Assembly: GCF_000017305.1 (NCBI RefSeq)
Contig: NC_009664.2
Span: 630,001-662,000, forward strand
Source: Kineococcus radiotolerans SRS30216 = ATCC BAA-149
GTDB lineage: Bacteria > Actinomycetota > Actinomycetes > Actinomycetales > Kineococcaceae
Direction of reading: 5' to 3'
DNA: 32,000 nucleotides
This document shows, piece by piece, positions 23,295 to 32,000 of the stretch; positions within the stretch are counted from its first letter, which is position 1; each line of letters begins with the position of its first letter. A program made the position numbers and the translations under genes. The notes beneath the pieces are model-generated. The model did no database searches. It worked only from the letters and a program-made list of their open reading frames with translations, and had not been told where the DNA came from.

Positions 23295-24170
23295 TCCGTC
23301 GTCCGTCCCGGGGTCGTCCACCCCGGGGTCGCCCACCCCGGGGTCGCCGGCCCCGGCGTCGGCCAGGGCCCGCAGCAGGTGCGGGTGCAGGTCGCGCGAG
23401 GCAGCCACCAGCCCGTGACCGCCGGCGGCCGCGCCGGTGAAGTCGGTGACGACCGCCCCGGCCTCCGCGGCCACCAGGGCCCCGGCGGCGAGGTCCCACG
23501 GCTTCAGGCCGCGCTCGTAGTAGGCGTCGACGCGCCCCGCGGCCACCGAGCAGAGGTCCAGGGACGCCGCCCCGACCCGGCGCAGGTCGCGCACCCGCGG
23601 CAGCAGCCGGGCCACCACCGCCGCCTGCTCCGCGCGGCGGCGGGCGTCGTAGCCGAACCCCGTGGCCACCAGCGCCTGCCCCAGCTCCGGTCCCGTCGGC
23701 GCGGTCAGCGCCCGGGTGCCCCGCGCGTCGGTGAGCCGGGCCCCGCCCCCCAGGGCGGCCGACCACGTCTCGCCCTGGGAGGGGTCCACGACCGCCCCGG
23801 CCAGGACGGTCCAGGTGGCCGGGTCGGGCCGGGCGGCGGGGTCGGCGGCGCGCACCACGGCGACGCTCACGGCGTAGGCGCGCAGCCCGTAGAGGTAGTT
23901 CACCGTGCCGTCGATGGGGTCGACGACCCAGGTCAGCCCGCTGCGGCCGGGCCGGTGCCCCCCCTCCTCCCCCAGGAACCCGTCCTCGGGGCGCACCCGG
24001 GCCAGCTCGGTGCGCAGCAGCTGCTCGGAGGCGGTGTCCATGGCCGTCACCACGTCGGTGGGGCTGGACTTGGTCGAGGCGACCTCCACGCGGTCCGGGC
24101 GGCCGGCGGAGACGAGCTCCCCGGCCGCCAGGGCCACCGCGACGGCGACCTCGCGCAGCTCCTCGTTCAC
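23289..24170 (-). CDS. suhB: Inositol monophosphatase family protein (293 aa)
   Basis: [22 protein letters not shown] and [14 protein letters not shown] are IMPase motifs. Its position after DUF4193 matches suhB in mycobacteria (recalled). The GTG start overlaps the hemH stop as GTGA at 24167-24170. Confidence 0.8.
   Translation of the reverse strand: MNEELREVAVAVALAAGELVSAGRPDRVEVASTKSSPTDVVTAMDTASEQLLRTELARVRPEDGFLGEEGGHRPGRSGLTWVVDPIDGTVNYLYGLRAYAVSVAVVRAADPAARPDPATWTVLAGAVVDPSQGETWSAALGGGARLTDARGTRALTAPTGPELGQALVATGFGYDARRRAEQAAVVARLLPRVRDLRRVGAASLDLCSVAAGRVDAYYERGLKPWDLAAGALVAAEAGAVVTDFTGAAAGGHGLVAASRDLHPHLLRALADAGAGDPGVGDPGVDDPGTDDGA
23307..23366 (-). repeat. 15-bp in-frame tandem repeat (about 4 units) in the suhB 3' end
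   Basis: The units are CCCGGGGTCGTCCAC, CCCGGGGTCGCCCAC, CCCGGGGTCGCCGGC and CCCGGCGTCGGCCAG. They encode the tail ...[15 protein letters not shown].... Confidence 0.7.
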
Positions 24171-25309
24171 CCGCGGGCCACGGCCGGGGCGCGGTAGTCC
24201 TCGCCCGTCGCGGCGGGCACCTGGGCGCGCAGGTTGCGGCAGCAGTCCACCGGGCACACCGTGTGCGAGGCGCCGAGGGCGCCGGTGGCCGGACGGGCGG
24301 GGCTGCCGCCGCGCGCCTCCGCGGCCCGCTCCTCCACGAGGTCGACGAGGCCGGCCACGAACTGGGCGTGGGCACCGACGGTGGCGGCCCGGGCGAAGGG
24401 CAGGCCGATCTCCTCGGCGGTCTCGGCGGCCTCGGTGTCGAGGTCGAACTTGACCTCCATGTGGTCGCTGACGAAGCCGATCGGGGCGACGACGACGCCG
24501 GGCACCCCGGCGGCGTGCAGCTCGCGCAGGTGGTCGTTGACGTCGGGCTCCAGCCACGGCTGGGTGGGCGGGCCGCTGCGGGAGCAGTAGACGAGGTCCC
24601 AGGCCAGCTCCCGCCCGGCGCGCTCCCCCGCCCGGCGGGCGACCTCGGCGGCCACGTCGAGGTGCTGGCGCACGTAGGCGCCGCCGCCCGCGGCGGGCGG
24701 GCCGGAGACGTCGTTCATGGCGTCGGGGACGCTGTGGGTGACGAAGACCACGCGCGCGCCCGCGCGGGCGGGCTCGGGGAGCTCCTCCAGGGCGGCGGCC
24801 ACGGCCTGGGCGTTGACGTCGGTGAACGCCGGGTGGTTGAAGTAGTGCCGGATCTTGTCGACCTCCAGGGAGCGGCCCTCCTCGGCCAGCGCCTGCAGCG
24901 CCTTGCCCAGGTCCTCCCGGTACTGCCGGCAGCTGGAGTACGAGGAGTAGGCGCTGGTGAAGACGGTGAGGACCCGCCGGGCCCCGGCCTCGTGGGCCTC
25001 GCGCAGGACGTCGGTGACGTAGGGCTCCCAGTTGCGGTTGCCCCACAGCAGCGGCAGGCCCGCCAGCCCGCGGGCGTCGAGCTCCACCCGCAGCTGGGCC
25101 AGCAGCTCCTTGTTCTGGTCGTTGATGGGGCTGCGGCCGCCGAAGTGCAGGTAGTGCTCGGCCACGGCCTCGAGGCGCTCGCGCGGGATGCCGCGCCCCC
25201 GCGTGACGTTCTCCAGGAACGGCATGACGTCGTCGGGGCCCTCCGGCCCCCCGAAGGAGAGCAGCAGCAGGGCGTCGTACGGCAGGTCGATCGGGCTCGC
25301 GTCGGTCAC
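24167..25309 (-). CDS. hemH: Ferrochelatase (actinobacterial coproporphyrin ferrochelatase type with a Cys-rich C-terminus), 380 aa
   Basis: [63 protein letters not shown] and a C-terminal [17 protein letters not shown] lies 8 nt upstream of GTG 25309. Confidence 0.9.
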   Translation of the reverse strand: MTDASPIDLPYDALLLLSFGGPEGPDDVMPFLENVTRGRGIPRERLEAVAEHYLHFGGRSPINDQNKELLAQLRVELDARGLAGLPLLWGNRNWEPYVTDVLREAHEAGARRVLTVFTSAYSSYSSCRQYREDLGKALQALAEEGRSLEVDKIRHYFNHPAFTDVNAQAVAAALEELPEPARAGARVVFVTHSVPDAMNDVSGPPAAGGGAYVRQHLDVAAEVARRAGERAGRELAWDLVYCSRSGPPTQPWLEPDVNDHLRELHAAGVPGVVVAPIGFVSDHMEVKFDLDTEAAETAEEIGLPFARAATVGAHAQFVAGLVDLVEERAAEARGGSPARPATGALGASHTVCPVDCCRNLRAQVPAATGEDYRAPAVARG

Positions 25310-25414
25310 GCGCTCATTCTCCTGCCACGCCCGACCGCACGCGCCCCGGGGTCGGAGGTGGCAGAGTGCATCCGCGATGATGGTCGACCACACACAGCCG
25401 GGAGGACGCCCCTC

Positions 25415-26575
25415 ATGCAGGACCTGAGGCTCGTCGGGGTCCACGACGACGGTGAGCACGTCGTGCTCGTGGCGACCGACGGCGGCCGGTACCGGCTGCG
25501 GGTCGACGAGGCGCTGCGCGCTGCCGTGCGCCGCGACCGCGCCCGCCTGGGTCAGCTGCAGATCCAGATGGAGGCGCAGCTGCGCCCGCGCGACATCCAG
25601 GCCCGGATCCGGGCCGGGGAGACCGCCGAGGACGTCGCCGCCGCCGGGGGGCTGACCCTGGAGCACGTCCGCCGCTACGAGGGTCCCGTGCTGGCCGAGC
25701 GCGCCCACGTCGCGGGGCTGGCCCGGCGGACCCCGCACGGCCGCTCCGCGGCGGCGGGCAGCCTCGACGACGTGGTCGTGGCCCGGCTCTCCGCCCGCGC
25801 GGTCGACCCCGACGGCGCCCGCTGGGACGCCTGGCGCGAGGACGACGGCTCCTGGACGGTGCAGTGCGAGTTCGTCGCCGGGGGCCGCGGCCGGGTGGCG
25901 CGCTGGGGCTTCGACCCCTCGGCCCGGGTGCTGTCCGCCCACGACGACGAGGCCCGCTGGCTGAGCGAGGAGGAGCCGTCCGAGCCGGGGCCGCTGCCCT
26001 CCCGTCGCCTGGTGTCGGTGGCCGGCGAGGGGCGCGCGGACCGCTCCGGCGAACGCGTCTACGACGTGGAGGCCGACGGCGGGGTCCGCTCGAATCCGAC
26101 CGACGACCTGCTCGACGCGCTGGACGCGCAGCGGGGGGTGCGGCCGGAGGCCGCCCGGCCCCCCGAGCCCGCGGCGGAGGCCCCGGAGGCGGAGCTGCGC
26201 GTGGACGCGCTGACCGCGGACCCCCCGCCCGCGCACCCGGCGGCGTCGGCCCCGCAGGACCTCGAGGACCGGACCGTGCTGCCCGGCCCCGACCCGGAGC
26301 CCGCGCTCGACGCCGAGCCCGCGCTCGACGCCGAGCCGTCCCCCGCGGCCGAGCCGGAACCCGCACCGGAGGCGGAACCCGCCCCCGCGCCCGAACCCGA
26401 GCCCGCCCAGGCGGAGGCCGCGGCGGAACCGGCGCCCGTCCCCGAGGGCCCGGCCGGACCGCCCGCCCCCCGTCGTCGCAACCGTTCCGCGAAGCGGGCC
26501 GGCGGCGCCTCCGGGTCCAAGCGCCCCAGCGTCCCCAGCTGGGACGACATCATGTTCGGCACCAAGAAGGACTGA
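25415..26575 (+). CDS. sepH: Septation protein SepH (DUF3071 N-terminal domain, disordered Pro/Glu/Ala linker, basic C-terminus), 386 aa
   Basis: [75 protein letters not shown] matches the SepH/DUF3071 N-terminus as I recall it. The C-terminus is RRRNRSAKR...[21 protein letters not shown] lies 8 nt upstream of the ATG. Confidence 0.8.
   Translation: MQDLRLVGVHDDGEHVVLVATDGGRYRLRVDEALRAAVRRDRARLGQLQIQMEAQLRPRDIQARIRAGETAEDVAAAGGLTLEHVRRYEGPVLAERAHVAGLARRTPHGRSAAAGSLDDVVVARLSARAVDPDGARWDAWREDDGSWTVQCEFVAGGRGRVARWGFDPSARVLSAHDDEARWLSEEEPSEPGPLPSRRLVSVAGEGRADRSGERVYDVEADGGVRSNPTDDLLDALDAQRGVRPEAARPPEPAAEAPEAELRVDALTADPPPAHPAASAPQDLEDRTVLPGPDPEPALDAEPALDAEPSPAAEPEPAPEAEPAPAPEPEPAQAEAAAEPAPVPEGPAGPPAPRRRNRSAKRAGGASGSKRPSVPSWDDIMFGTKKD
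26297..26332 (+). repeat. 18-bp perfect tandem duplication inside the sepH linker
   Basis: GAGCCCGCGCTCGACGCC occurs twice in tandem, encoding [12 protein letters not shown]. Confidence 0.8.
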
Positions 26576-26580
26576 CCCCG

Positions 26581-26630
26581 CCGGGCCGGCCGCACCGCGG
26601 CGGCCCGGCCGGCCGGTCCCGGGACCGGCC
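26581..26630. terminator. Two adjacent GC hairpins between the convergent sepH and AP-family genes
   Basis: CCGGGCCGGCCGC / GCGGCGGCCCGG (26581-26608) is a 12-bp stem with one bulge. GGCCGGTCCC / GGGACCGGCC (26611-26630) is a perfect 20-nt palindrome. Confidence 0.55.
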
Positions 26631-26632
26631 GG

Positions 26633-27790
26633 TCAGCAGGGCACGCAGAACAGCGGGACGAGGCGCTCGAGGTCGGACAGGGCCCCGTGCTGCCCCACGA
26701 GCCGCAGCGTCGCGGGACGCATCCGCGCCGAGTTCACCACCGCCAGGGGTTCGCGCATCACCGCGAGGACGTCGCCGATGCGCCCGGCGACCCGCTCCTC
26801 CACCGGCCCGAACCAGCCGGCGGCCACGGCCTCGGAGCGCAGCACGACCTCCGCGCTCGCCCCGAACCGCGCCCGCCACGCGGCGGCGACCTCCGGTGCG
26901 GCCCCGGCCTCGGTGTAGAGCTGGACGGCCCGCGGCTCCCCGCCGGCGTGGCGCACCCCGAGGCTGAGCTCCGGCTCCAGGGCCAGGTCGACGCGCTGGG
27001 ACGGGGCGACGTCGACCATGCCGTGGTCGGCGGTCACGACGAGCAGGGTCCCGCGGGGCAGCCGCCGCGCCAGGGCGGCCAGGGCCTCGTCGACGCGCTC
27101 GAGCTCGGCGACCCACGCGGTGGAGTCGACGCCCTCCCCGTGCCCGGTGGAGTCCAGCTTGCCCCAGTACAGGTAGGTGAGCTGGTGCGGGGCGGAGCGG
27201 ACGGCGCTCACGGCGGCGTCGACGCGGGCCTCGAGGCGGTCGGGGGTGCCGACGAAGCGCCCCCCGCGCAGCGCGGCCTCGGTGAGCCCGGACCCGTCGA
27301 AGTGCGGCGGGGCGACCCGCACGACGTCGACGCCGGCGGCGGCGATGCGCTGGAACAGCGTGGTGCGCGGCTGCCAGCGCCGGGGGTCGACGGCGGCGTC
27401 CCACTGCAGCTCGTTGAGCAGGACGTCGCGGTCGGGGTCGAGCACCTCGTACCCGACGAGGCCGTGCCCGCCGGGGGTCAGGCCGGTGCCCAGCAGACCC
27501 ATGCTCGTCGCCGTCGTCGTGGGGAACCCGGCCGTGAGCGGGCGGTGCAGCCCGTCCGCGCGCCAGCGCCGCATCGTCGGCGCGTGCCCGGAACGGCTCC
27601 GCAGGGCGAGGTCGCCCATGCCGTCGACGAGGACCAGGCAGATGCGCCGGGCCTCGGGGACGGGCAGGTGCGGGGAGGCCGCGGCGAACTCGGCCACCCC
27701 CAGCGCCCGGCCCACCGCGGGGAGGAGGTCGGCGAGGGTGTCGCGGCCGTAGTCGGGCGCGGGCAGCCCCTCGGGCCCGGGAGCGAGCAC
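26633..27790 (-). CDS. Alkaline phosphatase superfamily (nucleotide pyrophosphatase/phosphodiesterase-like) protein, 385 aa
   Basis: LVLVDGMGDL, FPTTTATSMGLLGTG (putative Thr nucleophile), GKLDSTGHGEG and VVTADHGMV are AP-superfamily metal and nucleophile motifs. GTG 27790 lies 5 nt after the upstream stop. Confidence 0.8.
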   Translation of the reverse strand: MLAPGPEGLPAPDYGRDTLADLLPAVGRALGVAEFAAASPHLPVPEARRICLVLVDGMGDLALRSRSGHAPTMRRWRADGLHRPLTAGFPTTTATSMGLLGTGLTPGGHGLVGYEVLDPDRDVLLNELQWDAAVDPRRWQPRTTLFQRIAAAGVDVVRVAPPHFDGSGLTEAALRGGRFVGTPDRLEARVDAAVSAVRSAPHQLTYLYWGKLDSTGHGEGVDSTAWVAELERVDEALAALARRLPRGTLLVVTADHGMVDVAPSQRVDLALEPELSLGVRHAGGEPRAVQLYTEAGAAPEVAAAWRARFGASAEVVLRSEAVAAGWFGPVEERVAGRIGDVLAVMREPLAVVNSARMRPATLRLVGQHGALSDLERLVPLFCVPC

Positions 27791-27795
27791 GCGGG

Positions 27796-28416
27796 TCAGC
27801 GGGAGGTGACCGCGGACAGCGCGCGGGCGAAGGAGAGGGCGGCGGCCACGGCGTCGGCCCCCTCGGCGGCGCTGGCGATCCGGACGGTCAGGTCGTCGCC
27901 GGCGAGGGTGCCGGTGTAGCCGTGGTCGGCCTCGCAGTCGGGGTCGGGGCAGGACGCGGGTTCGAGGTCGACCCGCTGCAGCGCACCCCACCCGAGGGTG
28001 AGGCTGACCTCGGCCGGGGTGCTGCCCGGGCGGTGGTCGGCGGGGCGGGTCACGACCTGGGAGACGACCACGGAGTGCACCCGCGAGAGCGCGACCGACT
28101 CGGTGGAGCAGACGGCGTAGGCCTCGTTCGCGGTCTCGTCGGGGGCGTGGTCGTCGGCGTGGGCGACGACGAGGCGGGTCGGGGTCGTGGCCAGCACCGT
28201 GACGTGGCGGCGGACCTCGTTGGCGTCGAAGGTCGTCTCCGGGTGCACGAGGTGGGACTCGACGGGCTCACCGGCCACGGCCGTCCGCAGGCTGTCCGCG
28301 ACGAGGGCCGGGTAGTACCCGGCCCGTTCGAGGTCCTGCAGGAGGGCGTCGGGCAGGTCGGATCCCCTCCGGGCGTCGTCCCGGTGGCCGTCGCGGGTGT
28401 TCGTGCGCTCGCGCAT
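27796..28416 (-). CDS. DUF5998-like protein (206 aa)
   Basis: MRERTNTR...LLQDLERAGYYPALVADSLRTAVAGE...VTVLATTPTRLVVAHADDH.... GGAGGA lies 7 nt upstream of ATG 28416. The family name is recalled from the conserved partner of actinobacterial Pat. Confidence 0.7.
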   Translation of the reverse strand: MRERTNTRDGHRDDARRGSDLPDALLQDLERAGYYPALVADSLRTAVAGEPVESHLVHPETTFDANEVRRHVTVLATTPTRLVVAHADDHAPDETANEAYAVCSTESVALSRVHSVVVSQVVTRPADHRPGSTPAEVSLTLGWGALQRVDLEPASCPDPDCEADHGYTGTLAGDDLTVRIASAAEGADAVAAALSFARALSAVTSR

Positions 28417-28448
28417 CCCCCCATCCTCCCGCACGCGGGGAGCGGATC

Positions 28449-31148
28449 TCACAACGGCAACGTGCGCCGGTCGGGGTCGGCCCGCCCCTGGGGGGCGGCG
28501 ACGCGCACCACGGCGTCGAGGACGACCGCCCCGCGCTCGCCGACCAGGACCGGGGACAGCTTGAGCTCGGCGATCTCGGGCAGGGCGTCGGCCACGACCG
28601 CGACCCGGGCCACGACGTCCTCCAGGGCGGGCACGTCGAGGACGGGCGCCCCGCGGTGCCCGAACAGCTTCGGCGACGCCTTCACCGAGCGGACGAGGTC
28701 GGCCACGTCGACGTCGGTCAGGGGCGGGATGCGGTACCCGACGTCCCCCATGAGGTCGAGGGGGTCGCCCTCGACGCCGAAGGACAGCACCGGGCCGAAG
28801 AGGGGGTCCTCGGTGCTGCGCACCAGGCAGGGCACGCCGAGGGGGGCCATCGGCTGCACGGCCAGGGTGGTGGCCCCAGCGCCGAAGACCTCGCGCATCT
28901 CCCCCACCGCCTCGCGCAGCGCCTCGGGGGTGGAGAGGTTCAGCCGGACCCCGCGCAGGTCCTGGCGCCCGGAGAGCTCCTCGCCGACGGTCTTGAGGGC
29001 CACCGGCCAGCCCAGGCGCTCGGCGGCCGCCACGGCCTCCTCCACCCCGCCGACCTCCGCCCGCGGCAGCAGCCGCACCCCGACGGCCTCGAGCAGCTCG
29101 GTGCGCTCGCGCCCCCCGAGGGCGGTGCCCCCCGGGTGGGCGGCCAGGGCGCGCTCGACCACGGCGCGCGCCGCGACCAGGTCCACGCCCTCCGGGGCGA
29201 GCGGGTGGCCGGGGTCCTTGCGCCGCCAGTCGGCGTAGCGGACGACGGCGGCCAGCGCGCGGACGGCGTCCTCGGGGGTGGGGAAGCTGGGCACGGTGGA
29301 GCCGGGGGCCACCTCCGCGCTCCCGGTCACCGCCCCCTCGAGCCCGCCCGGGGAGGCGGAGACCGAGCGGGTCCCCAGGAAGCAGGTCACGCAGGTCTTG
29401 CCGCCCTCGGCCGCGGTCCGGGCCACGGCGGCGGCCACGCCGGCGTCCACGGTGGCCGTCGGGGGTACCCAGCTGGCGACGACGGCGTCCACCGCGGGGT
29501 CGGCGAAGGCGGCGCGCAGGGCGGCGGTGAACTCCGCCACCCCGGCCTCGGGGTGGACGGCGGTGGGCCCGTGCACGACCTGCAGGCCCCAGCTGACGCA
29601 GGCGTCGGCGGCGAGGGTGCCCAGCGCGTCGGAGTTGCCGACGACGGCGATGCGCGAGCCCGCCGGCAGCGGCTGCTCGACGACGACCTGGGCGACGTCG
29701 AAGAGCTGGTGGACGTTCTCGACGCGGATGACCCCGGCCTGGCGCAGCATGCTGTCGACGACCTCGAAGGGGACCCGGGAGCGGCGCACGGCGTGCCCGG
29801 GCGGGACGCCGAAGCCGGAGGCGCCGGACTTCACGACGATGACGGGTTTGCGCCGCGCCAGCCCGCGCGCCACCCGGCTGAACTTGCGGGGGTTGCCGAC
29901 GCTCTCCAGGTACAGGCCGACGGCGGAGGTCGCCTCGTCGTCGTGCCAGAACTGCATGAGGTCGTTGCCGGACACGTCGGCGCGGTTGCCGGCGGAGACG
30001 AACGTGGACAGCCCCAGCCCGCGCCGCTGCGCGGAACTCAGCACCGTCACGGCCAGGGCGCCGGACTGGCTGAACAGCCCGAACCGGCCGGGCCGGGGGA
30101 CCTCCTCGGCCAGGGAGGCGTTCAGCCGGACCGCGGGGTCGGTGTTGACCACGCCGAAGGAGTTGGGGCCGATGACGCGCATGCCGTTGGCCCGGGCGAT
30201 CCGGACCAGTTCCCGCTGCAGTTCCGCCCCCTCGGGCCCGGTCTCGGCGAAACCGGACGAGACGACCACGATGCCCCGCACACCCACTGCGGCGCAGTCG
30301 TTCACGACGTCGATGACGGAGGCCGGCGCGACCGCGACGACGGCCAGGTCGACCCGGTCGGGCAGGTCGCGCACCGAGGCCAGCAACGGGATCCCGAGGA
30401 GTTCCTCCCCGGCCCCGGCGGCGTTCACCGCGTGCACGGCGCCGGCGAAGTCCCCGGCGACGAGGTCGGCCAGCAGGCGGTGCCCGACCGTCCCCGGGGT
30501 GCGCCGCGCCCCGACGACCACGACCGAGGAGGGGGTGAGGAGGGCGGCGACGCTGCGGGCCTCGGCCCGCTGCTCGCGGGCCCGCATGACGTCCAGGGAG
30601 CGCTCGGTGGGGTCGATGTCGAAGGAGACCTCGAGGACGCCGTCGGAGTAGCCCTGGCGGACCTCGAAACCGGCCTCGCGGAAGACGCCGATCATCTTGG
30701 CGTTGGTGGGCAGCACGTCGGCGGTGAAGCGGCGGATCCCGCGCTCGCGGGCGGCGGCGACCAGGTGCTCCAGCAGGACGGAGCCGAGCCCGCGGCCCTG
30801 GTGGGCGTCGGAGATGTTGAAGGCGACCTCGGCCGAGCGCGGGCGGCCGGGCCGGACGGGGGCGGCGTCGAAGCGGGCGATGCCGACGATGTCCTCGCCG
30901 ATGGTCGCCACCAGCGCCACCCGGTCCACGTGGTCGACCTGGGTGAAGCGGGCCAGGTCGCGCCGGGACAGGCGCGGCAGCGGGGCGAAGAAGCGGAAGT
31001 AGCGGGACTCCTCGGACTGGCGGACGTGGAAGGCGGCCACGAGGTCGGCGTCGTCGGGCCGGATGGGGCGCACGTGCGCGGTGCCGCCGTCGCGCAGCGC
31101 CACGTCGGCCTCCCACCGGGTCGGGTACCCCACGGGTGGCAGCGGCAT
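28449..31148 (-). CDS. pat: Protein lysine acetyltransferase Pat: N-terminal GNAT fused to an NDP-forming acyl-CoA synthetase-like domain (899 aa)
   Basis: The GNAT part has RFFAPLP..., AEVAFNISDAHQGRGLGSVLLEHLVAAARERGIRRF. The CoA-ligase-like part has VVVVGARRTPGTVG, VVSSGFAETG and IGPNSFGVVN, and an ATP-grasp-like C-terminus follows. AGGA lies 8 nt upstream of ATG 31148. Confidence 0.85.
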   Translation of the reverse strand: MPLPPVGYPTRWEADVALRDGGTAHVRPIRPDDADLVAAFHVRQSEESRYFRFFAPLPRLSRRDLARFTQVDHVDRVALVATIGEDIVGIARFDAAPVRPGRPRSAEVAFNISDAHQGRGLGSVLLEHLVAAARERGIRRFTADVLPTNAKMIGVFREAGFEVRQGYSDGVLEVSFDIDPTERSLDVMRAREQRAEARSVAALLTPSSVVVVGARRTPGTVGHRLLADLVAGDFAGAVHAVNAAGAGEELLGIPLLASVRDLPDRVDLAVVAVAPASVIDVVNDCAAVGVRGIVVVSSGFAETGPEGAELQRELVRIARANGMRVIGPNSFGVVNTDPAVRLNASLAEEVPRPGRFGLFSQSGALAVTVLSSAQRRGLGLSTFVSAGNRADVSGNDLMQFWHDDEATSAVGLYLESVGNPRKFSRVARGLARRKPVIVVKSGASGFGVPPGHAVRRSRVPFEVVDSMLRQAGVIRVENVHQLFDVAQVVVEQPLPAGSRIAVVGNSDALGTLAADACVSWGLQVVHGPTAVHPEAGVAEFTAALRAAFADPAVDAVVASWVPPTATVDAGVAAAVARTAAEGGKTCVTCFLGTRSVSASPGGLEGAVTGSAEVAPGSTVPSFPTPEDAVRALAAVVRYADWRRKDPGHPLAPEGVDLVAARAVVERALAAHPGGTALGGRERTELLEAVGVRLLPRAEVGGVEEAVAAAERLGWPVALKTVGEELSGRQDLRGVRLNLSTPEALREAVGEMREVFGAGATTLAVQPMAPLGVPCLVRSTEDPLFGPVLSFGVEGDPLDLMGDVGYRIPPLTDVDVADLVRSVKASPKLFGHRGAPVLDVPALEDVVARVAVVADALPEIAELKLSPVLVGERGAVVLDAVVRVAAPQGRADPDRRTLPL

Positions 31149-31181
31149 GATGCTGATCCTAGGGCGAGCGCGGTCGGCGGG

Positions 31182-31802
31182 GTGAGGGACGTGGAGTTCG
31201 GGGAGGTCCTGGCGCGGCGGCGGATGGTGCGCCGCTACGACGGGCGGCCGGTCGGGGACGAGGCGCTGGAGCGGGTGCTGTCCGCGGGGCTGCGCGCCCC
31301 GAGCGCGGGCAACAGCCAGGGCCGGGATCTGCTGGTCCTGCGCACCGCCGCCGAGCGCGCCCGGTTCTGGGCCGCCACCGCGGGCCCCGGACCGGGCGAC
31401 GCCTGGCTGGCGGGCATGCGCACCGCGCCGGTCCTGGTGCTGCTGCTGGCCGACCCGGGCGCCTACGCCCGCCGCTACGCCGCCCCCGACAAGCCCGGCC
31501 CCGACCGGGACGCGGGCACCTGGGAGGTGTCCTGGCCCGACGTCGACACCGGGATGTCGGGGCTGCTGCTGCTGCTGGCGGCGGTCGAGGAGGGCCTGGG
31601 GGCGTGCCTGTTCGGGGTGCCCGCCGCGGCCCGCGCGGGGGTGCGGGAGGCGTTCGCGGTGCCCGCGGACCGCCGCCTGGTCGCGGTGGTCAGCCTGGGG
31701 CACCCCGCCCCGGGCGAGGTGTCCCGGCCCTCGCGCCGGCACCGGCGGACCCTGGCCGACACCGCCCACGCCGGCCGGTTCGGCGTGCCCTGGGGCGGTT
31801 AG
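31182..31802 (+). CDS. Nitroreductase family protein (about 206 aa)
   Basis: FGEVLARRRMVRRYDGRPV...VLSAGLRAPSAGNSQGRDLLVL...GLGACLFG is the nitroreductase signature. The start is ambiguous (GTG 31182 or 31191). Confidence 0.8.
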   Translation: MRDVEFGEVLARRRMVRRYDGRPVGDEALERVLSAGLRAPSAGNSQGRDLLVLRTAAERARFWAATAGPGPGDAWLAGMRTAPVLVLLLADPGAYARRYAAPDKPGPDRDAGTWEVSWPDVDTGMSGLLLLLAAVEEGLGACLFGVPAAARAGVREAFAVPADRRLVAVVSLGHPAPGEVSRPSRRHRRTLADTAHAGRFGVPWGG

Positions 31803-31860
31803 GGCGCGCCGGGGGCGCACGCGGACGCGGGGTGTCGCACGGGGACGGCAGAATGCGGGC

Positions 31861-32000
31861 ATGCCTCGCAGGACCGCACCTCCGCCGCCGCCCGACGTCC
31901 CGGAACGGATCGTCGACATCGACGTCGAGCAGGAGATGCAGGGGGCGTTCCTCGAGTACGCCTACTCCGTCATCTACTCGCGCGCGCTGCCCGACGCCCG
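31861..32000 (+). CDS. parC: Type IIA topoisomerase subunit A, ParC-like (5' end only; continues beyond the window)
   Basis: [47 protein letters not shown] is the N-terminal signature preceding the DGLKPVQRR motif of GyrA/ParC. The [18 protein letters not shown] variant is the ParC-like one as I recall it. Confidence 0.7.
   Translation, partial: [46 protein letters not shown]

Noticed and set aside
24263-25414. N-terminal 384 codons of track ORF 24263..26575 (770 aa), read as part of SepH.
   Set aside because: This part is antisense to the ferrochelatase gene and is Gly/Arg/Val-rich. SepH begins at ATG 25415, with a GGAGGA RBS and the conserved MQDLRLVG... N-terminus.
27796-31919. Track ORFs 27796..31116 (1106 aa) and 28449..31919 (1156 aa).
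   Set aside because: The same artefact applies. The DUF5998-like gene starts at ATG 28416 (GGAGGA RBS) and Pat starts at ATG 31148 (AGGA RBS). The extensions are Arg/Pro/Gly-rich.

Overview
This is a very G+C-rich chromosomal segment of an actinobacterium. By eye the G+C content is roughly 70-75 %, and third codon positions are almost saturated with G/C. Gene content and order match the conserved actinobacterial core neighbourhood as I recall it from Mycobacterium and Streptomyces: dxs, then a RumA-like methyltransferase, APC permease, trkA, trkA, DUF3159, an OB-fold protein, DUF3710, dut, DUF3093, DUF4193 and suhB. After that come hemH, sepH, an alkaline-phosphatase-family protein, DUF5998, a GNAT plus NDP-forming acyl-CoA-synthetase protein acetyltransferase (Pat), a nitroreductase and the 5' end of a ParC-like topoisomerase gene. 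I call 35 protein-coding genes (2 partial at the window edges), 5 terminator-like hairpins, 2 palindromic operator candidates, 1 weak sigma70-like promoter candidate and 2 short in-frame tandem repeats. I saw no rRNA, tRNA, CRISPR array, transposase, integrase or prophage signal. Most long ORFs in the supplied track are high-GC artefacts: antisense shadow ORFs, or read-through upstream of the real start with Arg/Pro/Gly-rich translations. I trimmed starts using GC3 bias, RBS-like motifs and recurrent GTGA stop/start overlaps. The least core-like part is 1.0-10.8 kb. It holds a hidden 41-codon signal-peptide ORF, a teichoic-acid-like nucleotidyltransferase/TagF pair, two coupled genes of unknown function, a TetR/FMN-reductase pair, a c-di-GMP operon and a GT-C glycosyltransferase. 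My best candidate for an undescribed system is the translationally coupled operon at 5603-9041 (PAS-PAS-GGDEF-EAL, HDOD, RsbW-type kinase). It has no STAS or sigma partner in the window and sits just downstream of the GT-C membrane glycosyltransferase. All family assignments come from recognising motifs by eye and recalling synteny. No database search was run.
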